The translations under genes and the position numbers were made by a program. From an uncultured delta proteobacterium (lineage in GTDB: Bacteria; Desulfobacterota; Binatia; DP-6), in the NCBI GenBank assembly GCA_963815115.1, contig CAWFFN010000007.1:1024001-1088000 (forward strand): a stretch of DNA of 64,000 bases, in the 5' to 3' direction. The notes beneath the pieces are model-generated. The model saw only the letters and a program-made list of their open reading frames with translations, made no database searches and was not told where the DNA came from. Positions 38,778 through 47,712 of this stretch are shown piece by piece. The stretch's first letter is position 1, and every line of letters starts with the position of its first letter.

Positions 38778-39412
38778 CAAATTCGTTAGCAAATACCATG
38801 GGCTCTCTATGAGTCGGCCAGCGATTCGTGCGGCGCTGCAAAGCGTCAATCGGGTTCAGGCATGACTGCAAGTTACTGGGGTCTCTTCCCAGGCTATGAC
38901 GCGGCGAGAGTACCGATTGGGGCGACGTTTTTTTCACCTGGCCCTCCCTCGCGACCCGGTTTTGGTCTCCCCCCGGGAGACCCGATCGGGGCGACGCCCG
39001 GCCAACCCCCGAGTGTCCGGTGGGGCGCGTATGCGAGGTGACGCGTCCGCGGATTCGCCCGGGGCGTCGGGCCGCACCCGTGTCCAGGTCCAGGGGGCAA
39101 ATTGACCCGGCTTGCGAACGCGCAACACTTCCGGCGAACCGGCAGTCGCCGCGCTCGACTTGCGCCCTGCGATGCCGGCCGCTCCTCCCCGCCGGCCGCG
39201 GGACGGATGGGCGGCCCGTCTCAGCGGCGCCCCCGTGCGCCGTCGCCTCATCCGGGCCACGGCTGCCTTGCGCGCCCTCTCCCCGCCGGTCGCCACCTGC
39301 CCGGCGGCACCCGCCCGTGGCGAATTCGGCGTTTTCATGGCAGCTAGTCCCCTCGCAACAGTTGTCTCAGTATATGTGAATCAGATATGTCTCTGGTTCG
39401 GAGGACCAGTCA

Positions 39413-39724
39413 ATGGCGGCGGGGAATCGACGAGGAATGGCCGGCCGTCGCTGGGGACGGCGAGCGGGTCGATGCAGCGTGTGCCGAAAGCGCAAGGACC
39501 GGGTGCATCGCAACCGCCTATCCGGACGGCTCGTGTGCGCGACCTGCGGGGATCGCGCCCGGCTCCGCGTGGGATCGTGCCGCGGCTGCGCCGAGCGCAA
39601 GGTGCTGCAGGCGCGCGGGCGGTGCTACGCCTGCTACAAGCGCGAATGGCGGTTCGCGCGCGAGCACGAGGCCGGGGCGCGGGTAGCGCGCCGCGTGCCA
39701 GGCGCCAGCCGCCGGCGCGCCTGA
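39413..39724 (+). CDS. Small Arg-rich protein with four CxxC motifs (putative double zinc ribbon)
   Basis: CSVC, CATC, CRGC, CYAC; GGAGG RBS 8 nt before ATG; AT-richer upstream segment; GC3-rich codons. Confidence 0.75.
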   Translation: MAAGNRRGMAGRRWGRRAGRCSVCRKRKDRVHRNRLSGRLVCATCGDRARLRVGSCRGCAERKVLQARGRCYACYKREWRFAREHEAGARVARRVPGASRRRA

Positions 39725-39734
39725 GCCCGAGGGC

Positions 39735-41033
39735 TCAACGCCAGCGCCAGAGCCGTACGGCCTGATCCGGACCGTCGGACACCTCCACGAGCTTGAGGAT
39801 CAACAGCGGACCGCCCGCAGTGGATGCCAGCGTCGCCCCGTCCGGTGACCACGCCACCGCGGTGACGACGTCGTCGTGCCCGGCGAGGGTGTCCATCAGT
39901 GCCCCGGAGGTCGCGTCGAAGAGGTAGATCCGCGCGTCGGCACCTCCGGCCGCGAGGACCTGGCCATCCGGATGCCACGCGAGACCGTGAAACGAGACCG
40001 GCCCCGGCGCTTCGCGCTGCAGAACGGTCCCGCTCGTGGCGTCGTACACCGACACGGTGCCGTCCGCGCCCGATGCCGCCACTCGCGTCCCGTCCGGCGA
40101 CCAGCGCGCATTCCAGATCACGCCGTGTCCCGAGTCGCTCCAGCGCGGGGTACGCGTGACGAGCGCGGGCTGCTGCCGGAACCAGCTCGCCTGCTTCTGG
40201 TAGGAGAGGCGCGCGAAGGCGGTGATGGTAGCGTCGCTCCATCGCTCGCGCTCGGGATCGACGTCCCAGACCGCGACCCGGCCGCGTCGGTCGCCCGTGA
40301 CCAGCGCGCGTCCGTCCGGCGCCCAGTCGACCGAGAGGAAGTTTCCGACGCCGCCGTCGTACCACAACGCGACCACGCGCCACGCCGCCTGCCCGGGACT
40401 CACCTGCCAGATGCGCACCGTACGGTCCCGGCTTGCCCCGGCCAGCCAGCGCCGGTCGGGGGAGAAGGCGAGCGACATGATCCAGCCGTCGATCTCCCCG
40501 AGCTGCCGAAGCGCGCCGTCCGCGGGCAGGAACTGGCCGGGACGGCATGCCGTGCTGCCGGGCCCATCGGGGTTCCACACCTTCACGGCATGATCTCCGC
40601 CGCCGTCGGCGAGAAGCTGGCCGTAGTAGGGGCTCTCGATCCAGGCGTTCGACACGGCCCAGAACCAGTGACAGGCGAAGCTCTTCACGAGCACGCCGGC
40701 GGCGACGTCGGCGATGCGAGTGTCGTAGCGCAGCCGGGTGACCTTGTCGCGGAAGTGGCCACCGACGGCGATGCGCCCGCCGTCCGGTGACCACGCGAGG
40801 CTCAGCCCGCGACCTGGCAGCGCGATCGCACCCGCGGGCTCGAGGAGCACGTCGGTGGGTCCGCTCTTCGGTGCATCGCCGTCGTGCGCGTGCTGGCGCC
40901 GCGCCTTGCGCTCACCGGGGACGCGCTCTCCGCGCGTGTGCGCGAGGGCGCCCACCGTCGCGAGCGTCACCACGAGCGCGGCAACGCCGGCCAGCATGGC
41001 GGTGCGTCGGTGGTGGGCATTCGGTCGCGCCAT
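39735..41033 (-). CDS. Secreted/membrane-anchored WD40 beta-propeller protein
   Basis: Repeated LAWSPDG/LAFSPD/VDWAPDG/ARWSPDG/LAWHPDG, GHDDVVTAVAWSPDG; N-terminal hydrophobic segment. Confidence 0.9.
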   Translation of the reverse strand: MARPNAHHRRTAMLAGVAALVVTLATVGALAHTRGERVPGERKARRQHAHDGDAPKSGPTDVLLEPAGAIALPGRGLSLAWSPDGGRIAVGGHFRDKVTRLRYDTRIADVAAGVLVKSFACHWFWAVSNAWIESPYYGQLLADGGGDHAVKVWNPDGPGSTACRPGQFLPADGALRQLGEIDGWIMSLAFSPDRRWLAGASRDRTVRIWQVSPGQAAWRVVALWYDGGVGNFLSVDWAPDGRALVTGDRRGRVAVWDVDPERERWSDATITAFARLSYQKQASWFRQQPALVTRTPRWSDSGHGVIWNARWSPDGTRVAASGADGTVSVYDATSGTVLQREAPGPVSFHGLAWHPDGQVLAAGGADARIYLFDATSGALMDTLAGHDDVVTAVAWSPDGATLASTAGGPLLILKLVEVSDGPDQAVRLWRWR

Positions 41034-41990
41034 CGCTGCACTCGTCGGGACGCCGAGCCGATAGCACGCGCGCGCGGCGCCGCACATCGTACGGAAGGGC
41101 AATCGTGTGAGCACGCGAGCCGGAAGCGCTCGCCATGCGTACCCGAGTGGACTGATCCCGCGTGGTTCACCTTTCCGACTGTCGATGGCCAGCGCGGGTG
41201 CTGCGAAAACGCGCGCGCGCGAACTTCCACATCTTCGCACCGTACGATCTTGAACACCGCTACCACGGCACGTACACCGACTGCGATTTCCCGCGCCCGA
41301 CTCGCATTTCGCTCGCGATACGAGCTGCGGGCGACGTGCCGTGGGGATCGGCGCCGCGCGCCAGGCGCGCCGCTCGGTCGCCCATCGGAGCCGCGATCGT
41401 GACGCGTGGCACGTGCTGCAGAGCGACGGTGGTGGGACACGGCTGCTTGCACCGCGATCGACGCGACGCCGGCACCGCGGTCGAGCCGTCGGACCGGTCT
41501 CTCCGCAGGGTCCCGCGCCCGGGTGCCCTCCGCGTGACGGACCGTGTCGACGTCGATATCCTCGAGTTCATCCCAGTCCGGGGCCTTCCTTCCGGGACCC
41601 GCACGACCTCGACGCTGCTCGTCGAGAACCCGGCCGGCCAGCCGTCGAGGGGGATGAATAGACGCCACCAGGGCGCGTCTACCAGGACGTCCATGTCCGC
41701 TGGCGCTGCCGCCCGGCGGGTCTAGGTCCGCAGAAGTGGCCGGGCGGTAGCGCCCCCCCTCTCGGGGGTCGTCGGGACAGGGCGACCTTGGCCACCCGCA
41801 CGGTCGCGTGACACGGAGACCGGCCTGCGATCGTCTCCCGGGGTGCAACACGCTTCCGCCGGATTCATCCCCGCATCAGACGTCCCGTTTCCGTTCACCG
41901 CATTCGCCTGCGCGGCCGGGCTCACCTCACCCGTCCTCCCGCTTCTCCTCCGGGCCCGGCCGCGCTATCACTTCGCCCCGCGGCGGGAGG

Positions 41991-42653
41991 TCAGGGCGCG
42001 GCCGGAGGGGCACTGCGCACCGTGCGCGCCAGCTTGCCGGCGGTCTCACCGAGCGCGCCGTCGAGCATCTCCCGGCGCGTGACCCATCTGCCACCGCCCT
42101 GGAGAAAGCGCGGCAGGTCGAGCAGATTCTGGCTCAGCGGTTGCTGCGTGTGCTCGAAGCGCTCCCGGGCGATGACGCTGCCGCTCGCCGCATCGACCAG
42201 CACCGCCTGATACCACACCGTCGCTGGCGTCCTCGCGCCCCACGCGGATCCTTCACGTTCCGTATACCGCGTGAGCGCACCGAGAACCGCGAGCCGTGCC
42301 CCGACCGCCTTCGCCACTCGCATGGCCATCGCGGGGTCGTAGCGGCTGGCACCTGCCGGCGGCGCGGCCTGCTGGACGAGCGCGGGGTCGATGATGGACA
42401 CACCGTTCCGAGCGAGGTCCTGGCTGAGCGTGACCGCGATGTGCTCGCCCATGTCGTCGGGGACCGGCGGGTCGTCACGGCGCTCGGCGAAGTTCGCCGT
42501 CGGATCGAGCTCCCCGCCGACGCGGAAGGGGATGACCGCGATCGCACCGATCGCGGTCGCCACCCCGGGGGTGACCACGGGCGTGCGCGCGCGCGGCGCA
42601 CAGGCTGTCACCGCGAGCACAGCGAGCACCGGGACCAGCACCGCGCGCGGCAT
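41991..42653 (-). CDS. Lipoprotein (CsgG/LpoB/TolB-N-like fold candidate)
   Basis: Lipobox AVTAC; IAVIPF, VAKAVGA..VLG....Y.ER.GS, LVDAASGSVI. Confidence 0.7.
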   Translation of the reverse strand: MPRAVLVPVLAVLAVTACAPRARTPVVTPGVATAIGAIAVIPFRVGGELDPTANFAERRDDPPVPDDMGEHIAVTLSQDLARNGVSIIDPALVQQAAPPAGASRYDPAMAMRVAKAVGARLAVLGALTRYTEREGSAWGARTPATVWYQAVLVDAASGSVIARERFEHTQQPLSQNLLDLPRFLQGGGRWVTRREMLDGALGETAGKLARTVRSAPPAAP

Positions 42654-42744
42654 GCGTTCCCCTCGTACACCAGTCGCACGGGCCGAGTCGATGCACGTAC
42701 GCGCTTGCCCCTGTCGGCGAGGCTCGGCTACAAGCCCGCCGCGC

Positions 42745-43506
42745 ATGGCGACGGTGCGGAGCGACGACCAGCCGGGAGGGGTCCGCGTGCTCACGCTCGC
42801 CCGGCCGCCCGCCAACGCGCTCGACGAGACGCTCCTCGTCGATCTGGGGGCGGCGCTCTCCGCGGCACGCGGCGACGACCACGTGCGCGCCCTCGTGCTC
42901 ACCGGGGCCGGCACCTTCTTCAGCGGCGGATTCGACCTCGCCGCGCCGCGACGGGATCAGGAAGCCGCCCGCTCGTTGCGCGCGCTCTACCGCGACGTGC
43001 ACGCCAGCTTGCTGGCCTTCCCGAAGCCCACCGTCGCGCGTCTCGCGGGCCACGCCGTGGCCGGCGGGCTGGTGCTGGTCCTGGCCTGTGACTACCGGCT
43101 CGGCCGGGAAGGCGACTACCGCGTGGGACTCAACGAGGTGGCCATCGGGGCGTCGTTCCCACGCGTCGCGTTCGAGATCGTGCGCCTGCGCCTGCCCCAT
43201 CCGCGAGCCAGCGAGCTGCTCCTCGGCGCCGCGCTCTATCCCGCCAGCCAGGCCGTGCGACTCGGCGTCGTCGACGAGCTTCTACCTCCGGACACCTTCG
43301 ACGCCACGGTCCTGCGACGCGCCCAGCGCCTCGCTGCCTTCCCGCGCGAGGCCTACGCGCACACGAAGGCAATGCTCGTGGCGGACGCGCTCGCGCACGT
43401 TGCAGCGGAGACGCCGGCCGAGGAAGCCGCGGGCGCCGCGGTGTGGACGACCGCGGAGAGCCGTGCCGCGCGCGCGGCGCAGCGAGCGAAGCTGCGCTCG
43501 CCCTGA
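42745..43506 (+). CDS. Enoyl-CoA hydratase/isomerase family protein
   Basis: LTLARPPANAL, FFSGGFDL, PKPTVA..GHAVAGG, CDYR, GLNEVAIG. Confidence 0.93.
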   Translation: MATVRSDDQPGGVRVLTLARPPANALDETLLVDLGAALSAARGDDHVRALVLTGAGTFFSGGFDLAAPRRDQEAARSLRALYRDVHASLLAFPKPTVARLAGHAVAGGLVLVLACDYRLGREGDYRVGLNEVAIGASFPRVAFEIVRLRLPHPRASELLLGAALYPASQAVRLGVVDELLPPDTFDATVLRRAQRLAAFPREAYAHTKAMLVADALAHVAAETPAEEAAGAAVWTTAESRAARAAQRAKLRSP

Positions 43507-43513
43507 GGGCGCC

Positions 43514-44554
43514 TCAGAGGGACGCTGCCCGCGAGGGCTCCGAGGCCACGGGGCTCGGCACCCCCCTCGCCTCGTGCAGCACGGTCTCGAGACGCGAGTT
43601 GCCGGTCTCCACCCCTGCCGCCTTGAGCGTGCTCGATCCGGCCGGGGGGATCCGGCTACCGAGGTTGTAGAGATCGGGATGCGCCTCGACGAACACCTGG
43701 CCGTTGCGCACGCCGACCTTGATCGGTTGATAGATGAACTCCCCCCTGGTCCCGACCGGCACGAGCGGGAACAGCAGCTCGACGTCCTCGGGATAGAGCC
43801 GCGTGCAGCCGTTGCTGACCGTCATGCCCATACCCCACGGGATGTTGGTGCCGTGAATCCGATACGGTTCGAGACTGAGCTCGAAGCGGTACTTGCCGAG
43901 CGGATTGTCGGGATCACCGCCCTTGATCATGCGGCGGTAGTCACCCTTCTCGCGGATGTGGTCACGCAGGATTCCCGGCGGGATGACCCAGGTGGGATTC
44001 ACGGTCTTGCCCGTCACGGAGAACTTCCCCATCGGCGTGCGCCGGTCGTCACGGCCGAGCCCCAGTGGATAGGTCCGCACCACCGTGGTCCCGGGATCGT
44101 GGGAATCGGGCTCGAAGTAGTACAGCCGCAGCTCCGCGACGTTCACGACCAACCCTTGATACGAGCAGCACGGCAGCACCCACGACGTCGGCAGCACCAC
44201 CTTCGACCCCGCCGGCGGCGACCAGATGTCGACGCCCGGATTGGCATCGGTGATCTCGTTCACCCCGAGGTCGAAATAGCGCGCGATGTCGAGCAGCGAC
44301 TCGCCCTTGCGGACGCGATAGCTGCCCACCTCGCCGATCACCGTCTGCTCCGGCGGCTTGCCGGGTGCCGGGGTCGGGATCTTGTACACCCGCAGCGGCT
44401 TCTTCGCGTACGCCTCTTCCGTGAAGACCGGAAGACCGCTGGTGTCCCGCGGCGGGTGCACGGCCGGTTGGGGCGACAGGACCGCTACTCGCTCGGCGCA
44501 CCCTGTCAGCAGGATGCCCACGAGGCCCAGGCCAAGCGCGCCTACCCGGTACAT
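43514..44554 (-). CDS. L,D-transpeptidase (ErfK/YcfS/YnhG family) lipoprotein with LysM
   Basis: Lipobox LLTGC; YRVRKGESLLDIAR, NPLG, YRIHGTN..SNGCTRL catalytic motif. Confidence 0.93.
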   Translation of the reverse strand: MYRVGALGLGLVGILLTGCAERVAVLSPQPAVHPPRDTSGLPVFTEEAYAKKPLRVYKIPTPAPGKPPEQTVIGEVGSYRVRKGESLLDIARYFDLGVNEITDANPGVDIWSPPAGSKVVLPTSWVLPCCSYQGLVVNVAELRLYYFEPDSHDPGTTVVRTYPLGLGRDDRRTPMGKFSVTGKTVNPTWVIPPGILRDHIREKGDYRRMIKGGDPDNPLGKYRFELSLEPYRIHGTNIPWGMGMTVSNGCTRLYPEDVELLFPLVPVGTRGEFIYQPIKVGVRNGQVFVEAHPDLYNLGSRIPPAGSSTLKAAGVETGNSRLETVLHEARGVPSPVASEPSRAASL

Positions 44555-44652
44555 GGTCTCATCACGCGTCGGCAGACCGGCCGTGTCAAGCCATGAGGTG
44601 TTCTCCCGCTCCGGCCGGCCGCCGGCCATGGAGCCCCAGCCCCGGACCCGGC

Positions 44653-45117
44653 CTAGCCGCGAAGGACCTCGAGTGCCTCGTCGTGACCGAGTACTCGCGT
44701 CATGCGCCGGGCGATCAGCCATTCGCCGCCGCGTTTCACGAGGGACCAGCGGTTGAAGCTGACGCGATGGACGCGGGTGCCCTCGGGGCTCGCCAGGTAG
44801 ACGCGCGAATATCCGGTCGCGACGGCGCGCTCACCCTCGAGCGTGATCAGGAATGGTCCCATCTGATGGGCGCAGCGACCGACCATCGCCTGGTGCCGGT
44901 CACCGGCGATCATGGCACCGACCGCGGCGCGTCCCTCCATCCTGCCCACGTCCACGTCGTATACGCCGTCCTCGGTGAAGACCGCCGCCGCACCGCTGGC
45001 ATCGCCGGAATCGACCGCAGGGCCGTAGCGGGTGATCACATCGTGGATCGCCACCTGATCCTCGAGCGCCTGGACGCGGCGGGCCAGGTCGGCGACCGTC
45101 CGTTCGAGATCGGTCAT
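44653..45117 (-). CDS. SnoaL/NTF2-like protein
   Basis: LEDQVAIHDVITRYGPAVD, VFTEDG, EWLIARR. Confidence 0.88.
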   Translation of the reverse strand: MTDLERTVADLARRVQALEDQVAIHDVITRYGPAVDSGDASGAAAVFTEDGVYDVDVGRMEGRAAVGAMIAGDRHQAMVGRCAHQMGPFLITLEGERAVATGYSRVYLASPEGTRVHRVSFNRWSLVKRGGEWLIARRMTRVLGHDEALEVLRG

Positions 45118-45248
45118 CCAAGCTCGCTATCAGCAGCGTCCTCGCAGCCGCAAGGCGATGACGCGCACGCGCTCCCCGGACTCCGCGGCGAGCGACGCCG
45201 ACGCCCGGGCGCTGCCGCGGACGCCGGCGGCCGATCGGCGGCGGTCAG

Positions 45249-47390
45249 CTAGTGCGGCGCGGCATGCTTGCCGCCGTGACCGGCATGCGAGGAGCTGCAG
45301 GCGACCTGCGGAGGCAGCACGAGGTCGGTGAGCGTCGAGCGTCCCCCGGCGTCGAGTGACTCGCCGCCGGCGGTCAGCCCCTGCGCCACTCCCGACGTCA
45401 CACCCCCGCCCGAGTTCACGTAGTAGCTCCCGATGAGTATGAACATCTCGTTCTCGGTGCTTTCCCCGCCCGTGATCGGGCAGGCGTCGCACACGCCGTC
45501 GCGAGCACCCGGGCTCGAGTCGCAATCGCGATCGAAACCCGGCCCGCAGCGGGCGCCGACCTTGCCCGCGGTGCAGGCGACTGGACTGCAGCGGAAGCCC
45601 TGGGGCGGGACACGCGACGCCCGCGTCACCGTGTTGGCATCCGGCGAGCCGTCGGCGGCCACGCCGTTGTTGTAGAGCGAGCAGTAGTGCAGCACGCGCT
45701 GCGCGGGATCGGGCGAGTCGAAAGCCAGCGGGGGATTGAAGATCAGATCGGCCGGGTCGTTGTAGACGAAGTTCTGGTAGAGCAGCGAGCCGTCCGGCGC
45801 CGTCACCGTGAACTCCTTCCCGCGCTTGTGGGTGTGCGACGAGAGCTGGAACAGCCGGGCGCCCTGGGGCAGCTGCTGGTCGTTGCAGATGCGCTGCGTC
45901 GTGTAGGGCGCGGCGTCCGCGTTGAAGATCGCGTTGATGTTGAAGATCGGCTGGATCGGATAGCGCTGGCTCGAGGCGAAGTAGTAGTTCAGCCGGGCGT
46001 GCATGGTGGTGTCTTCGTCGGTCAGGTTGAAGGCATGTGAGTTCCAGTAGAGGATCCCCTTCATGGGGATCTGCGCGAAGGCACCGTCGACGTAGCTGAT
46101 CGCCGCCTGGGCCTTCTGGGCGCCCCCGATGGCGAAGAAACCCTGTCCACCGCTGGTCGGACCGAACCCGATGCAGGCGAAGGACTGCTGGATCTCGCTC
46201 ATGCAGATGCCGGTCCCGCAGGACGTGACGTCCGTCGGCTCGCACACCTGTCCCGCCTTCTCTCCGCCGTTGCACGTCCACTTGCCGAAGGCCGGGTCGT
46301 GGGCGCTCGCCGTCCCGAAGTAGCGGTTGAGGATCAGGTGGTGGCTCTGCGGATCCTGCCGCAGCTCCTGCCCGGAGAAGCGGAACATGGTCCCCGTCGG
46401 ATCCCGGAACTCCGTGGGAACCTGCGAGGTGACGTCGTAGTAGGTGGCGAAGCAGATCTCGTGCTCGCTGTGCGCTTCCAGGTGCCACGTCGGCATGACC
46501 AGCTGCACGCCCTCGCCGGGCGCCGGCGGATCGAGCGGCTGGATGATGATCGGCTTCGACGGCGGCAGGCACGCGTTCAGCAGCTTGTCGGTCCCGGCGA
46601 CGGTCCCGGTCTCGGGCGCGCCGCTGTAGATCCACAGGCGCAGCAGCTCGAGCTCGTCCGTGCTGAGCGGCGGCAGGCCGTTGGGCATCGGCGCGCCCGG
46701 CACCTGCACGCCAGGCGGGAGCTGCGACGTATCGGTCGCCGCCGCGAGCTTGAGCCAGAGGAAGCTGCGCCGCTGATCGCCGGGCTCGACGCGGTTGAAG
46801 GGGCTGGCGGTCGACTTCACCTGGAAGAGGTTCTGGTAGGCGACGTCGGGTGAGAGGTCGAGGCCGCCCTGCTTGGCCGTGCTCCCGTGACACGCCTGGT
46901 CGGTGCAGCCGTGCTTCTCGAAGATGACCGACTGGATTCCCTTGAAGGTGCTGTCGAAGGCCGCGCTCTGGGCGCAGGTCGTGATCCCCAGGTCGAGCTG
47001 AAGCCTGCTCTTCGGCTTGCGGCTGCGGAGCACCCCGTGCAGCTCGCCGCAGCCGGCGTCGACCGTCGCCACCAGGACCACCTTGCGGTTGCTCCCGCAG
47101 GGCTTCCAGCGCGTGTGGACCTTCCACCCCTTGCGCGTGCGTCGAGGGCGCGAGACGACCGAGCTGCAGTCGGTGCTCACGGTGACGCCCGTGGCGTCGA
47201 TCGCGATGGCCTGGAGCATCGAGGTGGGCGTGCTCCCGACCTTGGGATCGGCCGACTGGCCGAGGATGAAGCGGCCGGAGCATGTCGGAGCGGGCCGCTG
47301 CTTCTTGGCTGCGGCCGGCGTCACCAGGACGCCTGCGACGAACACGGACGCCGAGACGAGCAGAGTGGCGAGAGCACGGGTCGTCCACAT
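45249..47390 (-). CDS. Secreted protein: cytochrome c-like domain + PHM/DBH-type type II copper monooxygenase domain
   Basis: Signal peptide; CTDQACHG..GGLDL..PGD..SFL..K..MP..L..WI..GA; SHHLIL, NSHAFN, SHTHKRG, ENEMF. Confidence 0.7.
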   Translation of the reverse strand: MWTTRALATLLVSASVFVAGVLVTPAAAKKQRPAPTCSGRFILGQSADPKVGSTPTSMLQAIAIDATGVTVSTDCSSVVSRPRRTRKGWKVHTRWKPCGSNRKVVLVATVDAGCGELHGVLRSRKPKSRLQLDLGITTCAQSAAFDSTFKGIQSVIFEKHGCTDQACHGSTAKQGGLDLSPDVAYQNLFQVKSTASPFNRVEPGDQRRSFLWLKLAAATDTSQLPPGVQVPGAPMPNGLPPLSTDELELLRLWIYSGAPETGTVAGTDKLLNACLPPSKPIIIQPLDPPAPGEGVQLVMPTWHLEAHSEHEICFATYYDVTSQVPTEFRDPTGTMFRFSGQELRQDPQSHHLILNRYFGTASAHDPAFGKWTCNGGEKAGQVCEPTDVTSCGTGICMSEIQQSFACIGFGPTSGGQGFFAIGGAQKAQAAISYVDGAFAQIPMKGILYWNSHAFNLTDEDTTMHARLNYYFASSQRYPIQPIFNINAIFNADAAPYTTQRICNDQQLPQGARLFQLSSHTHKRGKEFTVTAPDGSLLYQNFVYNDPADLIFNPPLAFDSPDPAQRVLHYCSLYNNGVAADGSPDANTVTRASRVPPQGFRCSPVACTAGKVGARCGPGFDRDCDSSPGARDGVCDACPITGGESTENEMFILIGSYYVNSGGGVTSGVAQGLTAGGESLDAGGRSTLTDLVLPPQVACSSSHAGHGGKHAAPH

Positions 47391-47464
47391 GGATTCCCCC
47401 TTACCTCGGTCCGCGCCGCACGGGGAGCCGCTCCGGTGCCGCGCGATACCTTCCTATCGCGAGC

Positions 47465-47481
47465 AGCACGGCGCATGCCAG
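47465..47481 (-). promoter_or_regulatory. Putative sigma54 promoter upstream of the cytochrome c/Cu-monooxygenase gene
   Basis: Minus strand CTGGCATGCGCCGTGCT (GG-N10-GC). Confidence 0.5.
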
Positions 47482-47712
47482 CGGCGTGGCCCCCGTCATT
47501 CCGGGCTCGGCACGCCCCTCCGCACGGTCCGATGCGCGGTCGAGCGCATGACGCGTTGTGCGCCCTCCCGGGTCGTCCGCCTTTCAGGGGATGCCTTCCG
47601 CGACCTGCGCGCGCAGGCTATACGAAACCTCGCTGCAAGACCTGGCGAGCCACTGCGATAGCGGGGTCCCGTCCCTGCCCCCTCCGGCCGGCGTGGCGCC
47701 GTCTCGCACGCC

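Noticed and set aside
39090-39160. Possible c-di-GMP-I riboswitch (GGCAAA...GCAA...CCGGC)
   Set aside because: Lacks the GNRA-capped P2 stem and the GACGCAAAG/receptor motif
41743-41754. GGCGGTAGCG ops-like sequence on the plus strand
   Set aside because: Points away from the EPS operon and has no long plus-strand operon downstream; likely chance in GC-rich DNA
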